Position numbers and translations under genes: made by a program
The notes under the pieces: generated by a model
What the model was told of the DNA's origin: nothing
The model's database searches: none
The model's input: the letters and a program-made list of their open reading frames with translations, nothing else
Shown: piece after piece, positions 43,122-54,784 of the stretch
Position numbering within the stretch: position 1 is the stretch's first letter
Layout of the letters: the number at the start of each line of letters is the position of its first letter
Source of the DNA: Octopus vulgaris
Lineage: Eukaryota
Assembly: GCA_951406725.2 (NCBI GenBank)
Contig: OX597834.1
Coordinates: 15,314,001 to 15,378,000 of the forward strand
Direction of reading: 5' to 3'
Length of the DNA: 64,000 nucleotides

Positions 43122-46100
43122 ATGGCTTCGCTTAACCTTGGTTGTTTAAATGTGCGTGGTCTGAGTTCGAAGTGGAAGCAGGCTTGTTTCCTCGACGACC
43201 TCAGATCACATGATATACATGTGATGGTTGCTACAGAGACCAAGCTGGACAGCCTACAAACCTTCTCGCCTCTCCTGAATGGCTACGAGAAAATCATGTC
43301 TCCTGGCCAGACCGGAGGGCGAGGGGGCGTAGTGGTACTGATCCGTAAAGACTTGGCTCTACAGACAAGTACAGTCTATGTAGACCCAGAAGGTGGGCTG
43401 GTCGTCCTTGATGTGACATACAGCAGTAAGGCCTTCAGGTTAATCGGACTCTATGCACCTTGTGCTAGAGGTTTCCAAACTGATTTTTATCGGCGCCTAG
43501 AGGGCTTTCTCGTGACGTCGAAGACTTTAGTGATATTAGGGGACTTTAATGCTATCGTTGACGTACACATCGATAGCGTTGGCTCGATCTATAGGAAAGT
43601 GAACTCACGTCTCGTGGATCTGCTTAAGCGGTTTCAGCTAGCAGATCGTTACAGACTTGACCATCCGAACGTCCCAGAGTGGACCTGGATGAGTGGCGAC
43701 GGAAGGTTCAAGTCTTATCTAGACAGGATAGTGATAAGAACTAGAGATAAGTCTAGTTTCAGTTGTCCACAGCTCGTCCAGGTGCCCTATACTGACCATA
43801 GAATGGTCACGTGTAGACTGGACATAGATAGCACACTTAAGATAGGAACCGGCTACTGGAAGCTGAACAAGTCTATTTTGACACGCGAGGCATACCGTAG
43901 CCGGATTAAGGTGTTAGTGCAGAGGGCGTTAACCGGAGCCGTGGTTAATAACCGGTGGTGGTTCACCCTCAAAAGAGCCATTCGATTCGAGTCCATTAGA
44001 TTTAGTAAACAACTAAGACTAGATAGGGCTAGAATAGAAGGGCAACTAGTTAAGAACTTAGAGGAGGCGTTGAGGTTGGGCTCTGCATCTCACATTTTAG
44101 CGGCGAGAACGGCATTAGACCGTCACCTCAAAACCAAACATGAGGGATGTAGAGTCCGGGCTAAAGTACGAGCATTGGGCCGTGAGGGAATTAATGTTGC
44201 CGGATGGGCCCGTACGATAGAAACACAGCGTGGAAACGATGCCACAATTGGGTCTCTTGTTGATGAAAACGGATGCACGATCAAGAAGCGGGACGAGATG
44301 TGTGAGGCACTCCACAAGCACTTCGCCGAGTTGTTCGGGAGGTGCGGGACGCTGGATCATGGTGAGGCCCTTAGGGACTTCCTGTCTGGTGGCCCGCGCC
44401 TCTCGACACGAGAGGCTGAGTGCTGTGAAGGGCCAATCACAGCCGAGGAAGTAATCGAGGTGTTGGGCAAGTGCCCCGGGGAGAAGTCGCCGGGTCTCGA
44501 TGGTCTGCCCTATGAATTTTATAGAAGTATGCCAAACTTGTTCGGGCACCTGCTGGCTAGCGTCTACGCCAACTGGCAGCAGAATGGGAGAATTCCCAAG
44601 TCTGCGAGCCGGGGGGCGGTGACCTTGATCAGGAAGGACCCGAACAAGGGGGACGAGATAGGGAACTTCAGGCCCATAACTCTGTTAAACACAGAGTTAA
44701 AGATTCTGGCCAAGGTGCTAGCAAAAAGGTTGGCGCGGGTCGTGGACAAACTTGTCGGGGAAGCGCAAACGTGCGCTATCCCCGGCAGAACGATCCACGA
44801 CAATCTCCACCTTATACGCTACTCCTTAGAGAGGGTGGGGAAGCTTTCTGGCGCAGGGGGAGCACTGGTACATTTAGACCAGTCCAAAGCATTTGATAGG
44901 GTCGACCATCGGTACCTGGCGGCGGTCCTCGGAGAGGCTGGCCTAGGCCCGACCTTTCGAGGTTGGATCGCTGCTTTGTATAGCGACATCGAGTCTGTAG
45001 TCAAGGTGAACGGTTCCTTTTCGAAGCCGTTCAGGATCGAGCGTTCAGTTCGTCAAGGGTGTCCCCTGTCCTCGCTCCTATACGTATTGGCTCTTGAGCC
45101 TTTGCTGCGGAAGTTGGAGGCACTAGGGGGCGCGCCGCATGATCTATGGTGTGGAAGAGGAGCTACGGCGTATGCGGATGACACCTCCATCATCGTGGCA
45201 GACGAAGGCCAGCTTCCAGTGGTGGAAGAGGCCATAAAAAGCTACGAGGCGGTGGCAGGAGCAAAGGTTAACAAGGACAAGTCGGTCGGTTTGCAACTCG
45301 GCACCTGGAGGGGCAAGCCGATGCCGTCCAATAACGTCGTAGGGCGTTGGACGGAAGGTCCTGTTAAGCTGCTCGGAGTCTGGTTCGGGCCAGACCTCCA
45401 GATTGAGAAAAATTGGAGTGAGGTGGCCAACAAGGTGACCGCTCTAACCCAGACCTGGTCTGGGCGGGCGTTATCCCTGCTAGGGAAGGCGGAGGTGGTG
45501 CAGATGTTTATAGCATCAGTAATCACCTACCGTCTGACCGTGGTGCCTTGCCCCGATTTGTGGCTGAACAAGTTGGAGAGAATCCTTTTCCGATTTTTGT
45601 GGAAAGGAGGAAAGCCACTTGTAAAGCGCTCTGTCTGCTGCCAGAAACCGCTAAAGGGTGGGCTAGGGATGCCTTGGCTGAGGATGCGAAAACTCGCGTT
45701 AAGGTTGAGGCACCTCTGGCTTTACCTGGATGGAGAGCAGGTGTGGTCGCCGCACGTCCGGTTCTACCTTCCCCAGTTAACATCCCTAACGGACATCGGT
45801 GCATGGATCAAGCGGAGACCTAAACTGAGTGAATGGCATTTGGAGTGCCGTCAGGCGCTCCAGCTACTATCTCGGGTGGGCAACGCCGGCAACAGGAGTT
45901 CCACCACGGATTTCTATAGCGGGTTAGTGGAGATTAAGTCCGAAGACGCCTTGGGGAGACCCTGGGCTACGATGAAAATCAGTTGATCAACCTGTTCCGG
46001 AGGACGTTCGGGCCGGGGTATCTGGATAATTACCAGAAATCCCTAGCCTGGCAGTGTTTCCGTGCGGCTTTACCTGTTCGCGACAAGCTGTCAAGGCACG

Positions 46101-46522
46101 GTAGTGCCGTCTCGCCGACATGCCCGCGATGTGAGCAGGATAGGGAGACCGTCTTGCACGCATTCGTGGAGTGTCCGGAGTTATCGGGACTTATAGCTTT
46201 TGTAGAACAACTGTTGTCAGTGATGGGAAGAGTACAGCTATCAGCTGAGTCTATCATCGAGATTGTGCCGCCCCCTTTCCTTAACAGGGAAAGAAAGGCT
46301 TGTTTTTTCTGTGTAGTAGCCATACTGAAAGAAACAGTATGGAAGACGCGTACGAAAGGTATAGTGACAGGCACCTTTGTCTCCGGCCAGGGGTTGATTA
46401 ACTTTTTTAGTTACCACCTCAGTAGCAAAATCAGGCTGGAGAAGAGGTGTCTGTCACGAGATATGTTTGTGAAAAGATGGAAGCCTGTGGCATACAAGAT
46501 GGGTATGTTTGGCACCAGGTAA
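43122..46522 (+). CDS. Tx1-type ORF2 (APE endonuclease, reverse transcriptase, C-terminal zinc finger), split by one -1 frameshift at G-run 45953-45956
   Basis: EN motifs NVRGL, ETK, GDFNA, LDRI, TDH. RT motifs KSPGLDG, FRPITLLN, LDQSKAFDRV, VRQGCPLS, YADD. CPRC-x8-H-x4-C in ORF 45983..46522. One extra G gives ~1133 aa. Confidence 0.93.
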
Positions 46523-46750
46523 GTGTGACCGGATCAGAAAGTAAAGGTTCTACCCGGATGGCTGGGTGTCCGTCCTTCGACATGATCATTAATATTTTTA
46601 AACATTGCCTTCGTAAAATTCATTGTTTATAATCTTATCCGTAATTTCATTCGAAAATTGTAACTGTGTTAAGCTACTTCACCCTTTATATTTGTCTGTC
46701 CTTGTTTGTCCCCTCTTTGTAAATGCCTAAATGGCAAATTATATGAAATA

Positions 46751-47122
46751 AAGTAGCTTGTTTACCAACCACATGGTTCCGGGTTCAGTCCTACTGCGTG
46801 GCACCTTGGGCAAGTGTCTTCTACTATAGCCTCGGGCCGACCAAAGCCTTGTGAGTGGATTTGGTAGACGGAAACTGAAAGAAGCCCGTCGTATATATGT
46901 ATATATATGTATGTGCGTGTATGTTTGTGTGTCTGTGTTTGTCCCCCAACATCGCTTGACACCGTCACATAGCGGTTCGGCAAACCAGACCGATAGAATA
47001 AGTACTGGGCTTACAAAGAATAAGTCCCGGGGTCGAGTTGCTCGATTAAAGGCGGTGCACCAGCATGGCCGCAGTCAAAATGACTGAAACAAGTAAAAAG
47101 AAAAAAAGAGAAAAGAAAAGAG
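46751..47122 (+). mobile_element. SINE family A, remainder (B-box, core, internal microsatellite, tail) right of the LINE
   Basis: Resumes the family A sequence where the 5' stub stops: GGTTCAGTCC B-box, ACCTTGGGCAAGTG, ...GACTGAAACAAGTAAAAAG tail. Confidence 0.93.
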
Positions 47123-47133
47123 ATATGTATATA

Positions 47134-47341
47134 TGAGGGAGTGCTGAAAAATTTCTGGCTTTGGGTAAAACAAGGTTATGATTTTATTTAAGATATTAGC
47201 ATATTCCCCTCTCAGATCTACTCACTTATTGCGGTGGTCCTTCAGATTTTTCCAAACCCTGTAAAAGAACTGGGAAGTTTGGGCCTCCGACCAGGCCTTT
47301 CAAGATATCCTTAAAGCCAGGATCTTTTCAGCACCCCCTCG
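47134..47341. mobile_element. mariner-derived MITE
   Basis: ~29-bp TIRs (C/T)GAGGG(G/A)GTGCTGAAAA..TGGCTTT with TA on both sides. Confidence 0.85.
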
Positions 47342-47632
47342 TATATATACATATGTACATATACACATACATACATATATATACATATTTAAGCACGTCT
47401 TGCAATTATATGCATGAGAATACATACAAAAAACAAAACATACAAATCTGCACATATACACACATACTTACACATACATACATACATACACATACATACA
47501 TACATTCACATACATACATACACATACATACATACATACACATACATACATATACATACATACATACACATACATACATACATACATACATACACATACA
47601 TACATACACATACAATACATACATACACACAT

Positions 47633-47665
<33 letters not shown>

Positions 47666-47772
47666 TACATAGATACATACACACACATACATACATACGC
47701 ACACATACATACACACATATATACATACACACATACATACATACATACACACATAAATACATACATACATAC

Positions 47773-47803
<31 letters not shown>

Positions 47804-48276
47804 TACATACAGACACACATACATACAGACACACACATACATACATACATATATATTTACATACATACACATACATACATACATACATACATACACATAC
47901 ATACATATATACACTGGACCACTGGAAAATATAACACATTGCCTAAATACTAATCTTGAGAAAGTACTACACACACACATATACACACACGCACATACAT
48001 GTATATGATGGCCTCTCCTGCTACATAACCTGCACAAATGATTTGTTTATAGTGAACAAATCTATCTGCTGTTCACTCCTTCTATCAAATCGATGTTGCC
48101 TGAACAGGTGCGCGTTATACCATAAGTCAGGTGTCGAAGTAATCGCAGAGGAACGGGAAACGAAGGGTTTTCCTCAAAAACACAAAGCACTACCCGGTCT
48201 AGAAACTGAAACCACGATCTCGCGATCCTAAGTGCAAAACACTAGCCATTAAGCTATACATCCTATATATATATAT

Positions 48277-48868
48277 AGGTGCAGGAGTGGCTGTGTGGTA
48301 AGTAGCTTGCTTACCAACCACATGGTTCCGAGTTCATTCCTACTGCATGGCATCTTGGGCAAGTGTCTTCTACTATAGCCTCGGACCGACCAAAGCCTTG
48401 TGAGTGGATTTGGTAGACTGAACCTGAAAAAAGCCCGTCATATATATGTATATGTATGTGTATCTATGTGTATATGTTTGTGTGTCTGTGTTTGTCCGTC
48501 CCCCAACATCGATTGACAGCCGATGCTGGTGTGTTTACATCCCCATAACTTAGCGGTTCGGCAAAAGGGACCGTTCGAATAAGTACCAGGCTTACAAAGA
48601 ATAAGTCCTGGGGTCGATTTAATCGACTAAAGGCGATGCTCCATACATACATACATACATACATACACATACATACATACACATACATACATACATACAT
48701 ACATACACATACATACATACACACGTACACACATACATACATACATACATACATACATACATACACATACAAACATACACATACATACATACACACAGAC
48801 ACACACATACATACATACATACACATACCGCTGTCAAATGACTGAAACAAATAAAAGAGAAAGAGAGA
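48277..48868 (+). mobile_element. SINE family A with ~185 bp (CATA/CA)n expansion in the tail region
   Basis: Complete head and core; 3' block split at 48642-48827. Confidence 0.88.
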
Positions 48869-49486
48869 TAGATAGAACTTTTAAACTTTTTACATCAAAC
48901 GCTACCGATCGTTTAAATAAATGTATGACTTAGCTACTATAACACCAACCTAAATAATTGAAACTTCATTTGAAGGCGGCATGAAAATTATTCTTTTCTT
49001 ATAAATATGACTTTTTTTTTTTAATCTTTTATCGACAGTTTTCTAAGACACTGCGTAAAAGTTAATGAAGTCGTGTAATTAAAGGTTTTTAAGCGAATAT
49101 AGCCGTAAGACATATTAAAGTTAAATATTGATTCTTATCGTTACAAATATTGGTGCACTTCGTGGAACTATTTACTCCCTCGTTAATAATCTTCTCACTT
49201 CCCTTCGGTCTTTCTGAAATGAATAACATTCCGTTTCAAACATGTTCTAATGCCCATTCCTGTTATCTTTGATCAGGGTGGTTTTAATGGTCTTTCTGAG
49301 TTTTCTATCCACCCGTGTTTTGTTTTTGGGTTATATAGTTATTAGGTTGAGTTTTAGATGATGTGACCCGTGGAAAAAAAAAGATTAAGACAGTTGATAA
49401 GAAAACTTTTGGCTTCTGAAAGAAATCTTTTAAAAGACAAAAATGGGACATCACGAAGGTCATACTCTGAAATAAAAGTACTTGTT

Positions 49487-49530
<44 letters not shown>

Positions 49531-49585
49531 CACAGTTTAATGACTTGAACCAGTAAAAGATAATAGATATACACAGACCTATATA

Positions 49586-49629
<44 letters not shown>

Positions 49630-49637
<8 letters not shown>

Positions 49638-50104
49638 TAGATAAATTAATAGATATAGATCTATACACACACACATATATATATATATATACATATATAG
49701 ATAAATTAATAGATATATATATATATATATACATATATAGATAAATTAATAGATATATATATATATACATATATAGATGAATTGATAGATATAGATCTAT
49801 ACATACATATATATATATACATATATAGATGAATTGATAGATATAGATCTATACATACATATATATATATATACATATATAGATGAATTGATAGATATAG
49901 ATCTATACATACATATATATATATATACATATATAGATGAATTGATAGATATAGATCTATACATACATATATATATATACATATATAGATGAATTGATAG
50001 ATATAGATCTATACATACATATATATATATACATATATAGATGAATTGATAGATATAGATCTATACATACATATATATATAGATGAATTGATAGATATAG
50101 ATCT

Positions 50105-50143
<39 letters not shown>

Positions 50144-50164
50144 TGAATTGATAGATATAGATCT

Positions 50165-50197
<33 letters not shown>

Positions 50198-50240
50198 CAT
50201 ATATAGATAAATTGATAGATATAGATCTATACATATACAT
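49630..50240. repeat. Minisatellite, ~50-55 bp unit
   Basis: ATATATAGATGAATTGATAGATATAGATCTATACATAC(AT)n repeated about 10 times. Confidence 0.9.
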
Positions 50241-50388
50241 ATATATACATATGTATATACATATGTTTATACATAGTTGTATATATATATAAAAGTACAT
50301 ATATCTATATCTATCTAGCTCTCTCTATATATACATATAACTAATTAGATATATAAATATATATATATATATACATACATCCATGCAT

Positions 50389-50451
<63 letters not shown>

Positions 50452-50569
50452 GGCTATTATATCTTCTTCTTTATTGTGGTAAACTTGACATGCAGCTGTT
50501 TCCATTATTCATTATAGGTTTATTATTGGTAGGTTTGTCCAAACGGCCCGTTGCTCAATTGAAAAATAT

Positions 50570-50815
50570 TGATCGGCCTTGAAGATTCGTGTAGATAGAT
50601 GGATATTTATGAATAGATCAGACATTGACACGAAACACAAACCTTTCATGTCCATAATGCAAGCCATATGTGACAAATCTGTCCCAGTGTGCAAGGCCAA
50701 CATACCTGAAAATAGGATCTCTCGGGAGAGGAAGATTCTTTTAAGACGATGGACAAAGATGCGAACCGCCTGAGCAAGCACCCTAAAGGTGATGAGAAGT
50801 CTCCCATGGAGAGAG
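50570..50815 (+). pseudogene. CR1-like LINE ORF2 fragment
   Basis: RISRERKILLRRWTK / ANRLSKH..DEKS aligns to KILMRRRTKFSNRLNKQ..SEKS of the fragment at 63661. Confidence 0.6.
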
Positions 50816-51009
50816 CGCTATATATATATATATATATGTGTGTGTGTATATATGTATGTATATGTACATATATGTATGTACGTATATATATATATATGTG
50901 TGTACGCAGAGACATACATACATACATACTTATATATATTCCTCTCTATCTATCTATTATTGTATGAATGTATGTATGCAAGTATGTATATGCATATAGA
51001 TAAGAAAAA

Positions 51010-51192
51010 TACATGGTTGCGAGTCGCAGCTTAGCTTTCTTTCCTTTTTTCCTTCTTTCTGTCTTTCTATGTCGATATAGTGAGATATATATATATATAT
51101 ATATATATATCAGGACAAAAAGAAAAACGCAACAGATACAGACAGACGCAACCCCTCATCAGTTGTCCATCAAATATTCTCACTATATCGAC

Positions 51193-51223
<31 letters not shown>

Positions 51224-51275
51224 AGGAAAGAAGGAAAAAAGGAAAGAAAGCTAAGCTGCGACTCGCAACCGTGTA
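51010..51275. repeat. Inverted repeat (~75/98 bp arms, ~92 bp spacer)
   Basis: GGTTGCGAGTCGCAGCTTAGCTTTCTTTCC.. vs ..GGAAAGAAAGCTAAGCTGCGACTCGCAACC; TGTCGATATAGTGAGA vs TCTCACTATATCGACA. Confidence 0.9.
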
Positions 51276-52096
51276 TGAGACAGATGATGCTTGCTTGCTC
51301 CAAAAGCTCGTTATTTGTATAAATATATATCTTGCCAGAAATCGTGAGATTGTAATACTACAATGTTTATACAACGTCCTTGGATGTGTGTATGTGTGTC
51401 GATGCGGTTGGTACACGTATCGGCGTATGTAAAAGCGTTACTATAAAACATGGCCACCATACTCAGAACATATACACAAATTTTTAATCTCCATCAAATA
51501 CCTCAGTCGCCTCCATCTCATGAAACTTAGCTGCTTTCATTTTCCGCTTCCTCCCTTCCTTTTCATTATTCATTTACTTTTCCAATAATAAGTCTCTCAC
51601 TAAAATCCATTAATCAAAACAAAGGAGAACTCCAAACAATTACTGTCTTTTCCATCGCGTCCCACCCCAATATATTTTATTCCAAGTTTCCCTAGCCAGA
51701 GGTCAATTAGGCCAAATGTATCATCCTGCCATAGAAATTCATCGCTTACAATAATGTCATTTCAATGAAAACTTCCAAAATTCTCAGACAAACTTAATAC
51801 GTCTTTGCATTTTGCATTTACTTTCTCTTTCGGTTTTACTTTCACTTTGCTGGGTTCCTCACATTTCTTTTGTATTTCTCTTCTTTTCTTCTTTTTCCGT
51901 TCCTTTTCATTGCATTGTTTTCGCCTTGTCTTTTTCTACTTATTCTTCTCTGTTATTCATATTTTTCTTCTATTTCTTCTTATTTCTGGCATTCTCATCT
52001 GTCATTCATTTTCTTCTGTTTCTGTATCTTCCTCTTCTTTTTCTTCCTCTTTTACTTTTTCTTCCTCTTCTTCTTCTTTTACTAGTTCTATTACTA

Positions 52097-52232
52097 AGGC
52101 GTCGAGCTGCAAAAATCATGAGCACGCCGGGTTTTGCCTTTCATCCTTTCGGTGTCGATAAATTAAGTACCAGCTGCGTACTGGGGTCGATCACCTCCCC
52201 CAAAATATCAGGCCTTGTACCTTGTATAAAGG

Positions 52233-52268
<36 letters not shown>

Positions 52269-52475
52269 ATCGTTAGCACACTGAACGAAATTTTGAACGG
52301 TATTTCGCCCGTCGCTCCGTTCTGGGTTCAAATTCTGCTGAGGTCGGTTTTGCTTTTCCTCCTTTCAGGGTCGATAAAAAAAGTACCAGCTGACCTCTGG
52401 GGTCGATGTAACCGCCAAATCCCCTCTCTTGAAATTGCTGCCCTTGTGGCAAAATTTGAAACCATCATCATTATT
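52097..52475 (+). mobile_element. Two tandem SINE family B copies, (ATT)n-tail variants
   Basis: CCTTTCATCCTTTCGG-GTCGATAAA core twice, each followed by ATT repeats. Confidence 0.75.
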
Positions 52476-52530
52476 ATTATTTTCATTATTATTATTATTA
52501 TTTTCATTATTGTTATTATTATTATTGTTA

Positions 52531-52568
<38 letters not shown>

Positions 52569-52635
52569 GTTATTGTTATTATTATTGTTATTATTATTAT
52601 TATTGTTATTATTATTATTATTATTATTATCATTA

Positions 52636-52681
<46 letters not shown>

Positions 52682-53361
52682 CATTATTATTGTCTTCTTT
52701 TCTTCATCCTTTCATCTTTTTCCCTCTTCCCCATTTCCTGCTGCTACTTCTTTCCTTCTTCAAAATTCGTCTTCTTTACCTCCAGGGTCTTCTTTTCCTC
52801 CTTCTCCTTTTTGCTTCTTCTTCTTCTTCTTCTGCCAACACTACTACGACTTCTCGTTCTTCATCATCATCATAAACCTCTTTTACTTCTAATTAACCGT
52901 CTTTTCATTCACGATTTCCTTTCCTTCTTTTCCCGTCCTTCTCATTCTTCATATTCTTGTCCTACTACCACTACAACTACTACCACTACTACTACTACTG
53001 TTAATATTACTGCTATTATTTTCTCTACTTCTCTTCGTCTTTTCATCATACCTTTCCTCTCACCTTTCCTTTAATCTTATTTTCTATCGCCGTTCTCTTT
53101 GCTTTCTGTTTTCTTTTCATTCTCTTCTATTCTTTTTCTCGACTCGAAGCTATTGACCTATCTGTGTAACCCAATAATCCCCGACAAAGTTGTTTCACGG
53201 GTTACTTGATAAGAATCAATAGCTACGAACGACATATAATCAAACATCAAATATTAGTGATACATGCCTTAAGACAGACACATCAGGAACACCGGGTAGC
53301 GATTCACACACTTTCGGCTTTACATACATACATACATACAATGATATATATATATATATAC

Positions 53362-53624
53362 TTACATAATCACAGGCCTACACTTCTATATCTATGACCA
53401 TCAAAAAAAATCTATTTTTCTTATATATGTACATATACATACTTGCATACTTACATTCATACAATAATAGATAGATAAAGAAGTATATATATACATATAT
53501 ATATACTTACATAATCACAGGTCTACACTTCTATATCTGTGACCATCAAAAAAATCTATTCTTCTTATGTATATGCATATACATACTTGAATACATACAT
53601 TCATATAATAATAGATAGATAGAG

Positions 53625-53665
<41 letters not shown>

Positions 53666-53738
53666 CATAATCCCAGGTCTACACTTCTATGTCTATGACC
53701 ATCGAAAAAATCTATTTTTCTTATATATATGCATATAC

Positions 53739-53740
<2 letters not shown>
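53362..53740. repeat. Three tandem ~150 bp units
   Basis: ACATAATC.CAGG.CTACACTTCTAT.TCT.TGACCATC.AAAAAATCTATT three times. Confidence 0.85.
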
Positions 53741-53809
<69 letters not shown>

Positions 53810-53857
53810 TATATATATATATTCATATATAAAGAATGGGAAAGGTAAATAAGAGCT

Positions 53858-54085
53858 ACATATGTTCCATAGCTAAACTTTATGCGTTAAATAACTCGTA
53901 ACACGTACAAAATCTATTTAGCATGGAGAAGGGTGAACGGAACACTAATTTAGCCACTCTCTTTGTTTCGTCTCCATGCCACGATATACGCAATTCGAAA
54001 ATAAACGGAGCTGACGAGTAACTAAACTGTCTTTGTGCGTGTCACGAGTTATTTAACGCATAAAGTGCAGCTATGAAACATATGT
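53858..54085. repeat. Imperfect inverted repeat, MITE-like
   Basis: ~54 bp arms ACATATGTT.CATAGCT..ACTTTATGCGTTAAATAACTCGT.ACACG.ACAAA, ~120 bp spacer. Confidence 0.8.
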
Positions 54086-54421
54086 TGTCTGTATGTGCTG
54101 TTTGCATTCCCTCTGTTCTTTGATTTTTATTCGCATATTTACCATTCCTTGTTGCTAAATTGTGAGTTGCATGGTGTATATCAACATATTGCAATTTCTA
54201 TCGGTTTCAGTATGCAGAGATATATGGCATACCTGTGTATATATTGTTTATCGTTAATTTTCCACTATTTATCATCTATACTAGCTATTCACAGGTTAAT
54301 GCTGACTGACTTCCTACACAAGGATCTTTTAGGATGGGACAAATTTATATATATATATAAATATATATATATGCTTACATACATATATATATGTATGCTT
54401 ACATATATATATATATATGCT

Positions 54422-54487
<66 letters not shown>

Positions 54488-54552
54488 GGTCCCGGGTTGA
54501 GTCAGGGTTAACCACAGTAAATAAGGTACTCAATACATAGCAGAGTAAATTA

Positions 54553-54670
54553 ATTTATTTTATAGGAGCTTCTACAGGACTAGAACTGTTTCATTCAAAA
54601 TAAATCATCAGATGATTTCTTTTGAATGAAACAGTTCTAGTCCTGTAGAAGCTCCTTCTATAAAATAAAT
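54553..54670. repeat. Near-perfect palindrome, ~58 bp arms, 1-nt centre
   Basis: GGAGCTTCTACAGGACTAGAACTGTTTCATTCAAAA.AAATCATC-A-GATGATTT.TTTTGAATGAAACAGTTCTAGTCCTGTAGAAGCTCC. Confidence 0.93.
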
Positions 54671-54784
54671 ATATATATATAAAGATATATACATACATGT
54701 ATATAAACATATACATATACATACATATATATATATGCACATTTTTGTGTGTATAAATATATGCGTGTATATATATATATATGT

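Larger units (their letters stand above)
41314..46750 (+). mobile_element. Full-length non-LTR retrotransposon, L1 group, Tx1 clade
   Basis: ~390 nt 5' UTR, ORF1 with CCHC knuckle, ORF2 with APE endonuclease + RT + C-terminal zinc finger, ~230 nt 3' UTR ending GAAATA. Flanked by an imperfect 16-bp duplication AAGTAGCTTGCTAACC (41298-41313) / AAGTAGCTTGTTTACC (46751-46766). GC content is far above the surroundings. Confidence 0.95.

Noticed and set aside
44115-45823. Antisense and alternative-frame ORFs within ORF2
   Set aside because: Expected by-product of GC-richer coding sequence.
49630-50240. CRISPR-like regularly spaced repeats (also 22862-23290, 31405-31698)
   Set aside because: Spacers are microsatellite or identical, there are no cas genes and the context is eukaryotic; these are minisatellites.
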